A DNA stretch of 58,517 nt from a virus (Duplodnaviria > Caudoviricetes). The stretch lies in the IMG/VR virus record IMGVR_UViG_3300031746_000019, positions 1 to 58,517 of that record; one strand, written 5' to 3'. Each line of letters starts with the position of its first letter. Positions within the stretch are counted from its first letter, which is position 1. Both the position numbers and the translations under genes were made by a program. This document shows positions 15,460 through 26,197 of the stretch, in pieces. The notes beneath the pieces were generated by a model. That model was not told the origin of the DNA. It saw nothing but the letters and a program-made list of their open reading frames with translations, and did no database searches.

Positions 15460-17974
15460 CAGTACCCTCCATGTATGGACGGAGGACGGTGTAGTCCAGG
15501 GGACCTCCCTGATCTACGGGCCATCCTCTCAGTTGCTTCTTCAGGGTGGTGCACATCTTGTGCATCTTCGGCACGTAGATGTAGTCCAAGATCACAACAA
15601 CCGGCGTCTTCTTCCCCTCCCTGTGCCGCTGGATTCTGCCGATGCCTTGCTGGAGGGTGTTGAACCCACCCTCCTCAATCGCAGAGCTCCCGAATGGAGT
15701 CAGGAAGAACAAGGTGTCGAGAGACGCCTCATCCAGCGCTTCTTTCACAAGCTGGAGTGTGCCGAAGCTAAGTCTCTTTGTCTGGATGGTGGTGATTCGA
15801 TCCTCGGGCTTCTCATTCCCGGTGCAGAGTCCGGAGTCAGCAAACATGGCATTGAGCATTTGCAGTTGCTCAACACTGTGGCTGAGTGCCAGCACCTTCC
15901 TCCCCGATTCGAGAGGCTTTCGGAGCTTGCTGGCGATGAACTCGTTGCACTCAGGATGAGTCCCGAGGTAGTTGCGGAGACGCGGGATACAGAGCTTCCC
16001 GTTCTTGTCGTTGATGGCTTCTTGAACGAGGGGATCGTTCAAGTTGGGTCTGAACGCACACGCCTGGAAGTAGACACGAGGCTTCAGGTCTTGGCTTAGG
16101 TCTCGGAAGTAGGCCTGGCCGATGTGGTACTGGTACATCGCTTCCAGGCCGTCTTCTCTGTTGGTCGTAGCTGTCAGTCCGTGTCGTTCTCCGTAGAACA
16201 GGGGCGCAGTCGGAAGGAAAAGGGGTGCAGAAACGTGATGGCAGTTGTGTACTACGGGGCCTCGACCAACTAGGTACGTTGGGCTTCCTTTGATCTGGAG
16301 ATTGTAGACAAGACCATTCGGACAACGTCCGCCAAATGTCCCGTCACTTGTTTGTTGGTGTACCTTAGTACGATCCACCCTAGTCCACGCAGGAAGGCGT
16401 CTTTCCGAGCGTCCTGTTCTCGCCTCTGAAAGGACTGGTGTGATTGGCCGTCCACCTCTATGGCGATCTTCAGTGCCTCGTTCGCTATATCGATTTTGTA
16501 GTGCGTGGGTGCCCCGACGGGCCTCCGACCCTTGGTGGAGATCGTAACTTCCATGGGCCAACCTAGAGAGCTGGCCAGTAGCTGCTGTGGGGCGGGAATC
16601 TCGCGTCCATTCCCTCCCTGTACTGGAGGGTGCCACCCCATGGCGCGGAGAGTTGTCTTCTGCTTCTCTCGCGTCACTGCATCGCTCATCGGGTTCTTCT
16701 TCTTCATACGTCGAGAGTTGATCTTTGCTCTCCGTGTGTTGGTGTCGTGCGCCACCTCGGAGCTTCTCTTCGATCTCCACACAGCCATACAATCTGCGGA
16801 GCAGTACGCCCTTCCAGAACGCCGCCATTGCTCTAGAGCCTTCCGCCCATGCACGAGCACCTGCCCCCCACAGTTGGCGCAAGACGTGTGGAACTTTGTG
16901 CACCTGCTTTGTCTTCTCTCCTCTAAGCACATCTGGCAGTAGGCCCCGGTCCCCTTTCCCGCTGTTGGTTTCCCACATTGGCAGGTCTTCTTCACGTCTC
17001 TGCTCCTTCATGAAGCACAACACCACATCTTCGCACGTCAAATGAATAGCGGCAACCCACCTTCGTTGAGTCCAGAAGGGGTGGTTGTGTGTGCAGACAA
17101 TCTCCTCACCACCAACGATCACGGACATGAGATTACGGGGCCGGGACACGAAGACGTGTTCGACTGGCTGCTTGGTTATTGATCCAGTGTCCTCATCAAA
17201 GGACCAGACTAGATCTCCGACCTTCCTTTGTTCTATGGGGATGCCATCCACAGGCGTTCCGGCTACGAAGCACTCGTCGTATATGACCAGGCCGAAGTAT
17301 CGATCGATGCCCATAGGTAGTTGGGCATGGCGGAGCCCAAGGGAGTGGATCATGGCAAGGACTATGCCCCGCCCTTGCCAGTCCCACTTGTTCGGGGGCC
17401 CTTGAATCAGACCGATGCCTCCGGGCACATCCAGGAACTCCTGGATTCGGTCACGCCACTGATTGATGAGCGTGGTGTTGTTCACGATTACTAGAGCTGG
17501 CACCTTCCGTTGTTCTATCAGGTGAAGTGCCAGTACCGTTTTCCCTTTGCCACAACTCAGATTCAGCAAACCTCCATGTGAAGAGCACATGGCAGCGGCT
17601 GCCAGCTTCTGTGTTTGTAAGTGTGGCTTTTGGGCATCGAGAACAATGCGGCTCTCGAACTCGACTCTGGGTGGCGGGTCTGGAGTAATAGAGACGACAG
17701 GGAACTGCAACGATCCCAACTCTCCATACGGGATGAAGGAGCGAGGAACCACGAGGTGGTCCCCCACATCCTCCCACAGCTGGATGTACTTCAGCCCCTC
17801 GCTGTCCATCACAGGGAACTCGAGCCCTGCCTTCACTGCTCGAGTATTGATGTGTGCCTTGGGCAACCATAGCTGTCTGCCTAGGTAACCTTTGTTCGGA
17901 TCTAGACGGATGAAGATCAAGTCGCCTCCAATTTCATGACGGACGTCATGAAACCTCCAACTACTTGGAATCAT
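15440..17974 (-). CDS. Superfamily 2 DExH helicase (UvsW/XPB-like) interrupted by an intein
   Basis: Motif I CGKGKT; motif II DE|CH reconstituted after splicing; motif III GLTAT; motif VI QGIGRIQR. Confidence 0.85.
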   Translation of the reverse strand: MIPSSWRFHDVRHEIGGDLIFIRLDPNKGYLGRQLWLPKAHINTRAVKAGLEFPVMDSEGLKYIQLWEDVGDHLVVPRSFIPYGELGSLQFPVVSITPDPPPRVEFESRIVLDAQKPHLQTQKLAAAAMCSSHGGLLNLSCGKGKTVLALHLIEQRKVPALVIVNNTTLINQWRDRIQEFLDVPGGIGLIQGPPNKWDWQGRGIVLAMIHSLGLRHAQLPMGIDRYFGLVIYDECFVAGTPVDGIPIEQRKVGDLVWSFDEDTGSITKQPVEHVFVSRPRNLMSVIVGGEEIVCTHNHPFWTQRRWVAAIHLTCEDVVLCFMKEQRREEDLPMWETNSGKGDRGLLPDVLRGEKTKQVHKVPHVLRQLWGAGARAWAEGSRAMAAFWKGVLLRRLYGCVEIEEKLRGGARHQHTESKDQLSTYEEEEPDERCSDAREAEDNSPRHGVAPSSTGREWTRDSRPTAATGQLSRLAHGSYDLHQGSEARRGTHALQNRYSERGTEDRHRGGRPITPVLSEARTGRSERRLPAWTRVDRTKVHQQTSDGTFGGRCPNGLVYNLQIKGSPTYLVGRGPVVHNCHHVSAPLFLPTAPLFYGERHGLTATTNREDGLEAMYQYHIGQAYFRDLSQDLKPRVYFQACAFRPNLNDPLVQEAINDKNGKLCIPRLRNYLGTHPECNEFIASKLRKPLESGRKVLALSHSVEQLQMLNAMFADSGLCTGNEKPEDRITTIQTKRLSFGTLQLVKEALDEASLDTLFFLTPFGSSAIEEGGFNTLQQGIGRIQRHREGKKTPVVVILDYIYVPKMHKMCTTLKKQLRGWPVDQGGPLDYTVLRPYMEGTDGQAEL
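16244..17272 (-). mobile_element. Intein (343 aa) in helicase motif II
   Basis: Starts CFVAGT; block B CTHNHPF; ends VYNLQI...VVHN followed by +1 Cys. Confidence 0.9.
16270..16995 (-). CDS. DUF559/Vsr-like endonuclease with N-terminal Cys-rich zinc fingers, nested out of frame inside the intein
   Basis: Own AAGGAG SD and GTG start; CxC..CxxC, CxxC..YCSxxC; 'YKIDIA.....IAIEVDGQSH......DARKDAFLRGLGWIVLRYTN'. Confidence 0.85.
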   Translation of the reverse strand: MKKTCQCGKPTAGKGTGAYCQMCLEERRQSRCTKFHTSCANCGGQVLVHGRKALEQWRRSGRAYCSADCMAVWRSKRSSEVAHDTNTRRAKINSRRMKKKNPMSDAVTREKQKTTLRAMGWHPPVQGGNGREIPAPQQLLASSLGWPMEVTISTKGRRPVGAPTHYKIDIANEALKIAIEVDGQSHQSFQRREQDARKDAFLRGLGWIVLRYTNKQVTGHLADVVRMVLSTISRSKEAQRT

Positions 17975-18045
17975 TAGGACGGTGTGATCAAGAGGGGCTC
18001 TCCGTCTGGTGGAGAGCCCTTATTGTACATACGGCGTGCGTCCTG

Positions 18046-18393
18046 TCAACGGATGCGGTAGTTGCACCAGAAGCTGTACATCTCGTAGAACATGCCTCGG
18101 AGAAGACCTCCTGCGGCATCCTTGAAGAACCTCTCGACCGGCTTTTCTCCCTCGGAGACGACACCGGACTCGTAGTTCCCCGCGTCTGGATTGTGGTTGG
18201 AAGATCGATGACGGACGGGGACAGGCGCACTTGCACCTCCCCCACGGTTTTCGATCTCCGCCCGGCAGGAGTTGCGGAATCTGCATTGATTCGCACACTC
18301 TGGGTCCTGTGGATCGTAGCTTCTTGCGCTGCCCCAGCAGTTGGGCCTTTGACTTGAGTACGCACCTCCTCTAAGACTATCTGCATAGCCCAT
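18046..18393 (-). CDS. Small Cys-motif hypothetical protein (115 aa), first gene of the left operon
   Basis: GAGGAG SD; CWG....YDP..PEC...C.F..SC motif. Confidence 0.65.
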   Translation of the reverse strand: MGYADSLRGGAYSSQRPNCWGSARSYDPQDPECANQCRFRNSCRAEIENRGGGASAPVPVRHRSSNHNPDAGNYESGVVSEGEKPVERFFKDAAGGLLRGMFYEMYSFWCNYRIR

Positions 18394-18431
18394 CGACTCT
18401 CCTCTTGGTTAGTTTGGTTAGGGTCAAATTA

Positions 18432-18439
18432 CTTATACC
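18432..18439 (-). promoter_or_regulatory. Candidate phage promoter motif GGTATAAG for the replication arm
   Basis: Exact copy of the recurring motif, about 39 nt upstream of ATG 18393. Confidence 0.6.
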
Positions 18440-18467
18440 GGCGGGGGACTGACTTTTGCGTGTTTGG

Positions 18468-18496
18468 TTGACCCCACGGAAATGTAACCGTAGTAT
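18468..18496 (+). promoter_or_regulatory. Sigma70-like promoter for the virion arm
   Basis: TTGACC-17 nt-TAGTAT upstream of ATG 18525. Confidence 0.6.
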
Positions 18497-18524
18497 CATT
18501 GGGAGATCGCGAGGAAGAAACGCA

Positions 18525-19994
18525 ATGCCTACAGGATCAATCATCGATTTCTACGATGACCCCAACGGTTTCATCCTGAAGCAGAAGGTGTCCCACGTAG
18601 ACCTGCCTGCTTTCGTCAAGACAGCGCAGTACATCAAGGACGAGAATCGTGCAGCACTACCGGATGATGTCTTCGCCCTTGTGATGGTGGACCAGGGGGA
18701 ATGCACCCGGAAGTATGCCTGCGTAGATCCAGGCAACACCGCCCTCTCTGTGATCTACTTCCTTGAGAACTGTCACAAGCTCCCGGAGGAGGCGCAGAAG
18801 ACAGCTGCCTTGAATCTGGTGAAGGCATGTGGTTGGTACGACCTCGAGGTCCCCGATCAGCTACAGAAGCTTGCCGGAGTCGGCACCTTGCTCAACGCTG
18901 GGATGGGGGGCATGCAGCTCAAGGGTAAGATCCAACAAGGTGTGGCCAAGCATCAAGCAGCCATGATGCCCAAGTTCAGCGAGCTCTCCGGCACCAGGGC
19001 CATGCCCAACCAGAGCGATCGTCCGGAGGACGAGGAGAAGACCGCTGGCAAGATTACGGACGCCTTTCGCTTTGGCCGAGCCGGTGGTTCTGCCAATCTT
19101 GCTCGTCGATTGGGGGGCAAGGTGGGCAAACTCGAGGCTGCTGCTACCCATGTAGGTCGACACGCTAAGAAGTACCTAGCTGGTGCTGGCGCCGCAGCAG
19201 CTGGTGTTGGAGCAGAAGAGGCCGTACGTCGTTCGCACAAGGGTGTGAAGGAGCGGACCAACCAGCTCTTCGAGGAAGGTCACAAGGAAGCCGAGGCTCT
19301 CCAACCCTACGTCGATGTGACGGGGAAGCAAGCTCCAGTCAGGATGGAGAAGGTGGCCTCTCAGCACACTCTTCTCCGGGGTCAGTTCCCTGTCGATACC
19401 TACGGCGAGGTCGAGGAAGCCCAGCGGTGGTTCGAAGACTACGGCTCTACCCTCCACCCCACCGATCGCCGAGAGTACTGCATCAAGCTGGCAGCTCGAG
19501 CGGAAGAGCTGAGCGCGCCGGTCAAGGACCACGTCCTGAAGTATGCCGGCAGGGGGTACGGCTCGGATGTCGAGGCGGCGGTCATCACACGCATGCAGTT
19601 CTGGTCTGAGGATGGACCGGAAAGGGACATGCTGAAGGGACTGCTCGAGAAGAGAGCGGAAGTATCCCCAGAGATCTTCTGCGCTGCGCTCGAGCAGTTC
19701 GACGTGACGACCGGGCTGAATCACCACTGGGACAGCCACATCCCAGACCCTGTCTACTCTACCTTTGGCATCGACAAGACTGCTGGTACAGGCTGGTCAT
19801 TCGATCACGGGGGTGATCGAGTGGACGAACATCAGCTCAAGTGCTTGGCCAAAAGTGACCACAAGCAGCTCTGCAAGAAGTTCGGCAAGGAGTTCGTAGA
19901 AGAGTTCACGAAGAAACCCCGGGAGATTTTCAGTTCCCTCCCGCTGGATACCAAGCGTATCATCATGCGGATGGCGAACGATCCGCAGCCCTAA
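18525..19994 (+). CDS. Putative virion (internal head) protein, 489 aa
   Basis: Start reassigned to MPTGSIIDFYDD with a GAGG SD; first gene of the structural arm; many K-x-A motifs. Confidence 0.6.
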   Translation: MPTGSIIDFYDDPNGFILKQKVSHVDLPAFVKTAQYIKDENRAALPDDVFALVMVDQGECTRKYACVDPGNTALSVIYFLENCHKLPEEAQKTAALNLVKACGWYDLEVPDQLQKLAGVGTLLNAGMGGMQLKGKIQQGVAKHQAAMMPKFSELSGTRAMPNQSDRPEDEEKTAGKITDAFRFGRAGGSANLARRLGGKVGKLEAAATHVGRHAKKYLAGAGAAAAGVGAEEAVRRSHKGVKERTNQLFEEGHKEAEALQPYVDVTGKQAPVRMEKVASQHTLLRGQFPVDTYGEVEEAQRWFEDYGSTLHPTDRREYCIKLAARAEELSAPVKDHVLKYAGRGYGSDVEAAVITRMQFWSEDGPERDMLKGLLEKRAEVSPEIFCAALEQFDVTTGLNHHWDSHIPDPVYSTFGIDKTAGTGWSFDHGGDRVDEHQLKCLAKSDHKQLCKKFGKEFVEEFTKKPREIFSSLPLDTKRIIMRMANDPQP

Positions 19995-20006
19995 CAGGAG
20001 ATCACA

Positions 20007-21116
<1,110 letters not shown>

Positions 21117-21119
21117 TAG

Positions 21120-21989
21120 GTGCCGACTCACGAGGAAAAGCTACTGGCCCTCCTCGAGAAGGTGGGCCAGCCAGCAGAGATCTCTGCTGGGGTGGCTGCG
21201 GTCGAAGACGCGGACTCCAACGCAGATCACGTCGAGACTGTCAGCGCCCCAGCAGAGAATCTCAACACCTCGTCTACCACCGGCCCGAAAGAGCCGGTGG
21301 GATTGGCGCCCATCACCAAGAAGAACCTCTTCGTCCATCACGACACACACCCCGTCGTGTTCGACGTGGCTCTTCTCGCACGCTACGACCTAGACTGGTT
21401 TGTCTGGGACGCTCAGGTACTATGGCGGGAGATCAAGAGCGACTTCCACGTTCCGTCCATCAGTGACCACACGTGCGCCAAGATCCAGGCGCTACGTACG
21501 TTGCACATCAACGAGTGGTTCTGGACAAAGTGGGAGGTGTTCTGCTGGATCACCCAGGCGCTGAACAACAACATCCCTGACTTCCATGTGCTCCAGAAAC
21601 CTTCCCTCGCACAGATCTTGTCGGCGGTGGAGATCGCTGACATGGTACGCACGGGGGAGGAGTACTCACAGGAAGTACAGGACTGGATTGCTGCCAGCAT
21701 GATGGATGAGGGCGTATTCTACGCTCCCAGCCCAATCACGTTCTGTCAGGACGAGATCGAACGCCTCCTCGTGGAGTTGAAGGTAGAGGACGGTGGGAAG
21801 CTGATCGCTGCCGTGCAGGGCAGGTACCAGGAGGTGGCACCTTTCTCCGATGCCTACTGGGCGTCAGCTACGGAGCCTATTCTTCACGAATCTGTGGTAG
21901 ATATACAGGTAGCAAAGCTTAAGGTAGCCACTGACTACCTGGCGATACGGAGACGTCAGCTCAAGGAACAACTGAGGCTCCTCCAATGA
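21120..21989 (+). CDS. Hypothetical virion-module protein (289 aa)
   Basis: In operon; N-terminus LLALLEKVG resembles the leader family. Confidence 0.65.
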   Translation: MPTHEEKLLALLEKVGQPAEISAGVAAVEDADSNADHVETVSAPAENLNTSSTTGPKEPVGLAPITKKNLFVHHDTHPVVFDVALLARYDLDWFVWDAQVLWREIKSDFHVPSISDHTCAKIQALRTLHINEWFWTKWEVFCWITQALNNNIPDFHVLQKPSLAQILSAVEIADMVRTGEEYSQEVQDWIAASMMDEGVFYAPSPITFCQDEIERLLVELKVEDGGKLIAAVQGRYQEVAPFSDAYWASATEPILHESVVDIQVAKLKVATDYLAIRRRQLKEQLRLLQ

Positions 21990-22960
21990 CAGCCATCTCT
22001 CCCCGATCGATGCTGGCGTTCGTTGACGAGCTTCAGAAGACTTCCGGAGTTCTCGACACGCTGGGACGGGCGGCTACGTCAACAGCAGGTATTTTACGTC
22101 CTGCATTGGCGGGAAGGTACGGACGGCAGCTATTGGTGGGTGCGGGGCTAGGAGCTGGAGGGAACATCCTCCAGCACAAGGTTCGTGGTGATCTCGATCA
22201 ACAGCGCGGTGGAGTTCTGGGGGCTGGACTTAGAGGGGCGGCGGCAGGAGGTGCAGTGGCTGGAGGTAGAATCTTGGCTACCTCTGAGGGTCGGAAGCGG
22301 GCACGTCAAGCCGCGAGCAACTTCTACGAGCGCGAGCTGTACGGTCTCACAGGCAAGGGGCGGGGTGATGCGCCCATGGATCTAGCCAAGGCGGAGCGCG
22401 TGGGTATTGTATCGGCTAATCCCACAGCTCAATCTATGTTGACTCGGGGCAGTGGGTCGTCTGGTCTGTCTGAGATAGGTCAGCATGGTCCTATTCAAGA
22501 AATGCACGGTCCCATGACACCAAAGCAATCTAAGGGTCTGGGAAAGCTTCTGAAGCAGCACGAAGCCAGTAAGGCGTTATTCGAGAAGGGTTGGGCATCT
22601 GCTCCGGGTGGTTTACACGGCATGGTCACGCACCCATTGGACTACGCCAAGCTCCGTTGGAACTCCATGGATGCTTGGGGCAAGGGCCTCACGGGGCTGG
22701 GTGTTGCAGGTGCTGCTCATGGTATGCTCAAGACGCCCTCGGAGGAGGACCCGAACAAGTACAAGAAGGGTCTGGGTCAGATGGCGGGGATGGTGGGCGG
22801 TGCGCTAGCTCCTGGGGCTGGTTGGATTGGACAGGGTCTCTTGGCTAGTGGGATCGGGAGTGTGGGCAAGGGGGTGGGAGCAGCAGCCGATATTGGAGTG
22901 CGTCGTTTGGGTAGAGTTGTCCCGCATGAGGAGCAGGCCCAGTGGCAGCCGACGCAATAG
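21986..22960 (+). CDS. Leader-family Gly/Ala-rich basic protein (324 aa)
   Basis: N-terminal AFVDELQKTS; several Gly-zipper-like hydrophobic segments. Confidence 0.65.
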   Translation: MTAISPRSMLAFVDELQKTSGVLDTLGRAATSTAGILRPALAGRYGRQLLVGAGLGAGGNILQHKVRGDLDQQRGGVLGAGLRGAAAGGAVAGGRILATSEGRKRARQAASNFYERELYGLTGKGRGDAPMDLAKAERVGIVSANPTAQSMLTRGSGSSGLSEIGQHGPIQEMHGPMTPKQSKGLGKLLKQHEASKALFEKGWASAPGGLHGMVTHPLDYAKLRWNSMDAWGKGLTGLGVAGAAHGMLKTPSEEDPNKYKKGLGQMAGMVGGALAPGAGWIGQGLLASGIGSVGKGVGAAADIGVRRLGRVVPHEEQAQWQPTQ

Positions 22961-24978
22961 TAGGCCAGAGTGCGATGCGCTTCTCCCCCATCCGGGGGAG
23001 GATGAGCGGGGCGGGAGATTGGGGACTTCAGTACCCCAGTCCGTTCTTCGATATCGCCCACACCTACATGCCGGCCACCGTGAAGATGATGTTCCGGTGG
23101 TGCCGGTACTACTTCCTCGTCAACCCACTGATCAATGCCGTCGTCTTCAAGATGTCGGAGTACCCCATCACCGACATCATCTTCGACTCTGACAGACCAG
23201 AGCTGAAGCGGCTGTGGGGAGACTACCTATTCGATCACCTTCGGTATCGTTCATTCCAGATCGAAGTCGGGCTGGACTACCACACCTACGGCAACGCCCT
23301 GGTCTCGATCTTCTATCCCTTTGTGAAGTACCTCGAGTGTCCGAACTGCAAGTTCCGGAAGCCAGCTAGGGAAGTGGAGTACCGCTTCCAGAACTTCCAG
23401 TTCATCTCCTCCTGCAAGTGTGGCCACCATGGCCCCTTCAAGGTGGACGATCACTACGTCAAGGCACCTCGTGGTATCCGTCTACTCCGGTGGAACCCGG
23501 AGGACGTGGACATCAGGTACAACGAGATCACTGGGGACTACGAGTACTACTATGAGATCCCCACGACCCTCAAGAACGACATCATCATGGGTAAGAAGAG
23601 CACGGTGGAATCTGTGCCGCAGCTCTTCATCGAGGCGCTGAAGCAGAAGAAGGCGGTGGTGTTCTCCAAGGAGAACATCTACCACTTCAAGCGCCCGACC
23701 CTGGCCGGGAAGGACCGAGGCTGGGGAACACCCATGATTCTTCCTGTTCTGAAGGACACCTTCTACCTTCAGATCTTGCGTAAAGCACAGGAAGCCATCG
23801 CGCTCGAGCACATCGTCCCTCTCCGCATTCTCTTCCCACAGGCTGGCAGCGCAACGAGTGATCCATACACGACGGTGAACCTCCAGGACTGGAGGGACCA
23901 GGTCGCTTCTGAGATCCGCAGGTGGAGAGCCGACAACAACTACATGCCCATCATGCCTCTCCCCATAGGGAACCAGACTATCGGAGGAGACGGTCGCGCA
24001 CTCCTGCTCAGTCAAGAAGTACGTGTGTGGAGTGAGCAGATCGTAGCTGGCATGGGCGTACCTACTGAGCTCATCTTCGGTGGGCTCAGCTACTCTGGCA
24101 GCAACGTGGCACTCAGGATGCTGGAGAACACCTTCCTGGGCTATCTCCAAGATCACATCTCCCTGCTCAAGTGGGTTGTCAAAAGGACGTCTGCGTATCT
24201 TGGTTGGGCCACGGTGCGTACGCGCTTCAAGCCCTTCAAGATGGCGGACGATCTCCAGAGGAAGGCATACCTCTTCCAGCTCAACTCTGCGTCCAAGATC
24301 TCGGACGAGAGTCTCCTTGCGGACGCGGACTACGATGCGGAGAAGGAAGACTCGATCATGGAGCGGGAGGCTGCTCGTAGAGCAGCCGTCTTGAAGAAGC
24401 AACAGCTTCTCCAGGCAGAGATTCAGGGAGAGGCCGCCATGATCCAGGCAAAGTGGCAGGGCAAGGGCCAGGCTCATCAGATGAAGGAGCAGATGGCGCT
24501 CCAGAACGAGATGGGGAAGGACCAGGCCGCTTTCCAAGCTCAGATACAGTCTGACATGCAACAGCAGCAGATGGCTGCTCAGCAGGGTGGCGAGCCTCCT
24601 CCTCCGAACCCAGACATGCAGGCCTCTCCTCGTAGGCCAGATCTTTTGGAGCCCCCGAAAGAGATCACATCTCCGCTGACTCTTCGCTCCGTTCAGCCTG
24701 TCCCTCCCTCTACCACGGGGGAAGATCTAGTGGGGAAGCAGAACGTAGACCTACTTTTGATGGGGCGGAAGATCGCAGATAAGATCAGTGGCCTCGATCA
24801 TTTCCAAAGACCCCAGGCTCTGGCCCAGCTCAAGCAGCACAACCCAGAGCTGCATGATGTGGTGTTGGGGCTAATGATGAGCGGGGGCAACGGCCCCACC
24901 CAGGCTGGGTCCGACGCCGCACGTCCTCTGCCGGAGCAGAAGCCCGCACGACGTGGACCCGAGTCTGCGCTCATCTAG
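22942..24978 (+). CDS. Portal protein (with zinc-ribbon insertion and Gln/Pro-rich C-terminal tail)
   Basis: Portal-like pattern 'YYFLVNPLINAVV', 'DYHTYGNALV', 'LRWNPEDV', 'IYHFKRP....GWGTP', 'IVAGMGVP..LIFG'; size and context fit. Confidence 0.7.
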   Translation: MAADAIVGQSAMRFSPIRGRMSGAGDWGLQYPSPFFDIAHTYMPATVKMMFRWCRYYFLVNPLINAVVFKMSEYPITDIIFDSDRPELKRLWGDYLFDHLRYRSFQIEVGLDYHTYGNALVSIFYPFVKYLECPNCKFRKPAREVEYRFQNFQFISSCKCGHHGPFKVDDHYVKAPRGIRLLRWNPEDVDIRYNEITGDYEYYYEIPTTLKNDIIMGKKSTVESVPQLFIEALKQKKAVVFSKENIYHFKRPTLAGKDRGWGTPMILPVLKDTFYLQILRKAQEAIALEHIVPLRILFPQAGSATSDPYTTVNLQDWRDQVASEIRRWRADNNYMPIMPLPIGNQTIGGDGRALLLSQEVRVWSEQIVAGMGVPTELIFGGLSYSGSNVALRMLENTFLGYLQDHISLLKWVVKRTSAYLGWATVRTRFKPFKMADDLQRKAYLFQLNSASKISDESLLADADYDAEKEDSIMEREAARRAAVLKKQQLLQAEIQGEAAMIQAKWQGKGQAHQMKEQMALQNEMGKDQAAFQAQIQSDMQQQQMAAQQGGEPPPPNPDMQASPRRPDLLEPPKEITSPLTLRSVQPVPPSTTGEDLVGKQNVDLLLMGRKIADKISGLDHFQRPQALAQLKQHNPELHDVVLGLMMSGGNGPTQAGSDAARPLPEQKPARRGPESALI

Positions 24979-25433
24979 CACTCCTTCTTAATCCTCTCCT
25001 CTTCTAGGCGGAACTGTCGATCCGCCATTGACTCATCGTGTTCTCTCCGGAGATTCTCTACCCGAAGGGCATACACCTCTGTTTGCCTGACTAGACATCT
25101 GTGTCCAGCTGCTCTGCCGTTTTTGAGCAGCTGGACGAGCTTCCTTAGTGAGACCTCGGGCTCTTCCTCGGAGAGCTCGTAGCGCTCCACAAGGGCCCGA
25201 GCTACGGCCCGTGGGTGCCAGACGTAGAGCCAGTCCTTCGACGCCTTCCGTACCCCATCGGGGTTCACGGAGACCAGATACAGCCCTGTCCCGTCGGACC
25301 TACTGATGGCATGGCTGGATAGGTACGCGTTGTGAAACTCATCCAGCTCGAAGTGACACATCTGGTCCAGGTCGTCTCGGGTCAGAATCCCCCTTTCTGG
25401 AACTGGGACGAAGCCAGCACCTTCTTTCATCAC
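24975..25433 (-). CDS. Hypothetical protein (152 aa) in the minus-strand island
   Basis: Long ORF convergent with the portal gene and adjacent to the upstream gene. Confidence 0.6.
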   Translation of the reverse strand: MMKEGAGFVPVPERGILTRDDLDQMCHFELDEFHNAYLSSHAISRSDGTGLYLVSVNPDGVRKASKDWLYVWHPRAVARALVERYELSEEEPEVSLRKLVQLLKNGRAAGHRCLVRQTEVYALRVENLRREHDESMADRQFRLEEERIKKEC

Positions 25434-25434
25434 A

Positions 25435-25908
25435 TCACCTTGCTATGCCCAAGAGGAGTTCTCCCTCCTCCACATCACCTTCTCCGAATCCTTCTGCGAG
25501 GCAATTTGGGCATAGAATTGCCTCGTTGTTCACGTCTTCGATAGGCACGAAGCAGGATGTTTCTTTGTCGTACCTACCCAGTTGGATACGAAACGCCCAG
25601 CGTGAGCGGTGGAAAGACCCCTCGCACAGATCGCACGCATGCGGAGCATTGCTACCCCATTCACATCCACGCATTCGATCTATGAGACAGTCTGCGTGGT
25701 AGTACTCCACCACCGCCTCCTTCTGGAGCTTCGTATCGTGCTCGTTGTCGTGGTCGGAGAGAAACACCAGCCAGTCTGGGTCCCTCTTCATGGGCTTGAG
25801 CTGGCCAGATTCGATCAAGACCAGCTCCCGTTCTTCGTCATCCCCAAAGCGTTCTCCGCAAAAGGGGCAGACAAAGCTCGGGTTGATAACAAAGATTGTC
25901 TCACTCAT
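25435..25908 (-). CDS. Acidic zinc-finger protein (157 aa)
   Basis: CPFC...HADC and CDLC...CPNC pairs; start reassigned to MSETIFV. Confidence 0.65.
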   Translation of the reverse strand: MSETIFVINPSFVCPFCGERFGDDEERELVLIESGQLKPMKRDPDWLVFLSDHDNEHDTKLQKEAVVEYYHADCLIDRMRGCEWGSNAPHACDLCEGSFHRSRWAFRIQLGRYDKETSCFVPIEDVNNEAILCPNCLAEGFGEGDVEEGELLLGIAR

Positions 25909-26035
25909 TGTTGGGATGCTTTCGCGACCCCACTTCTCCGTCAGCCTGGAGGCTTCTGTGAATTGCAAAGGCCTCCGCAGCCATCTCCTCAAGGAAGACG
26001 GCCAGCGCGGCCAAGACGAAGATGTGAAGCAGCAC
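25901..26035 (-). CDS. Small protein with hydrophobic N-terminus (44 aa; MLLHIFVLAALAVFLEEMAAEAF...)
   Basis: TAGTG overlap with the upstream stop; its stop overlaps the next start; not in the ORF track. Confidence 0.45.
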   Translation of the reverse strand: MLLHIFVLAALAVFLEEMAAEAFAIHRSLQADGEVGSRKHPNNE

Positions 26036-26148
26036 TACTCCTCGTCGCCGTCGTTGTTGTCCGTGTCAGAGTCCTCGATCTCTCCGTCTACCATCTCCTC
26101 CAGATCTTCGAGACTCGATCCCGTATCTTCGGGTTCTTCAGGCGGCAT
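26035..26148 (-). CDS. Highly acidic 37-aa peptide (MPPEEPEDTGSSLEDLEEMVDGEIEDSDTDNNDGDEE)
   Basis: AAGGAG SD and ATG; first ORF after the GGTATAAG motif; not in the ORF track. Confidence 0.55.
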   Translation of the reverse strand: MPPEEPEDTGSSLEDLEEMVDGEIEDSDTDNNDGDEE

Positions 26149-26197
26149 TGCACTCTCCTTTGTGAGTTAGTTAGTCACGCGTTCCTTCTCCACCTTC

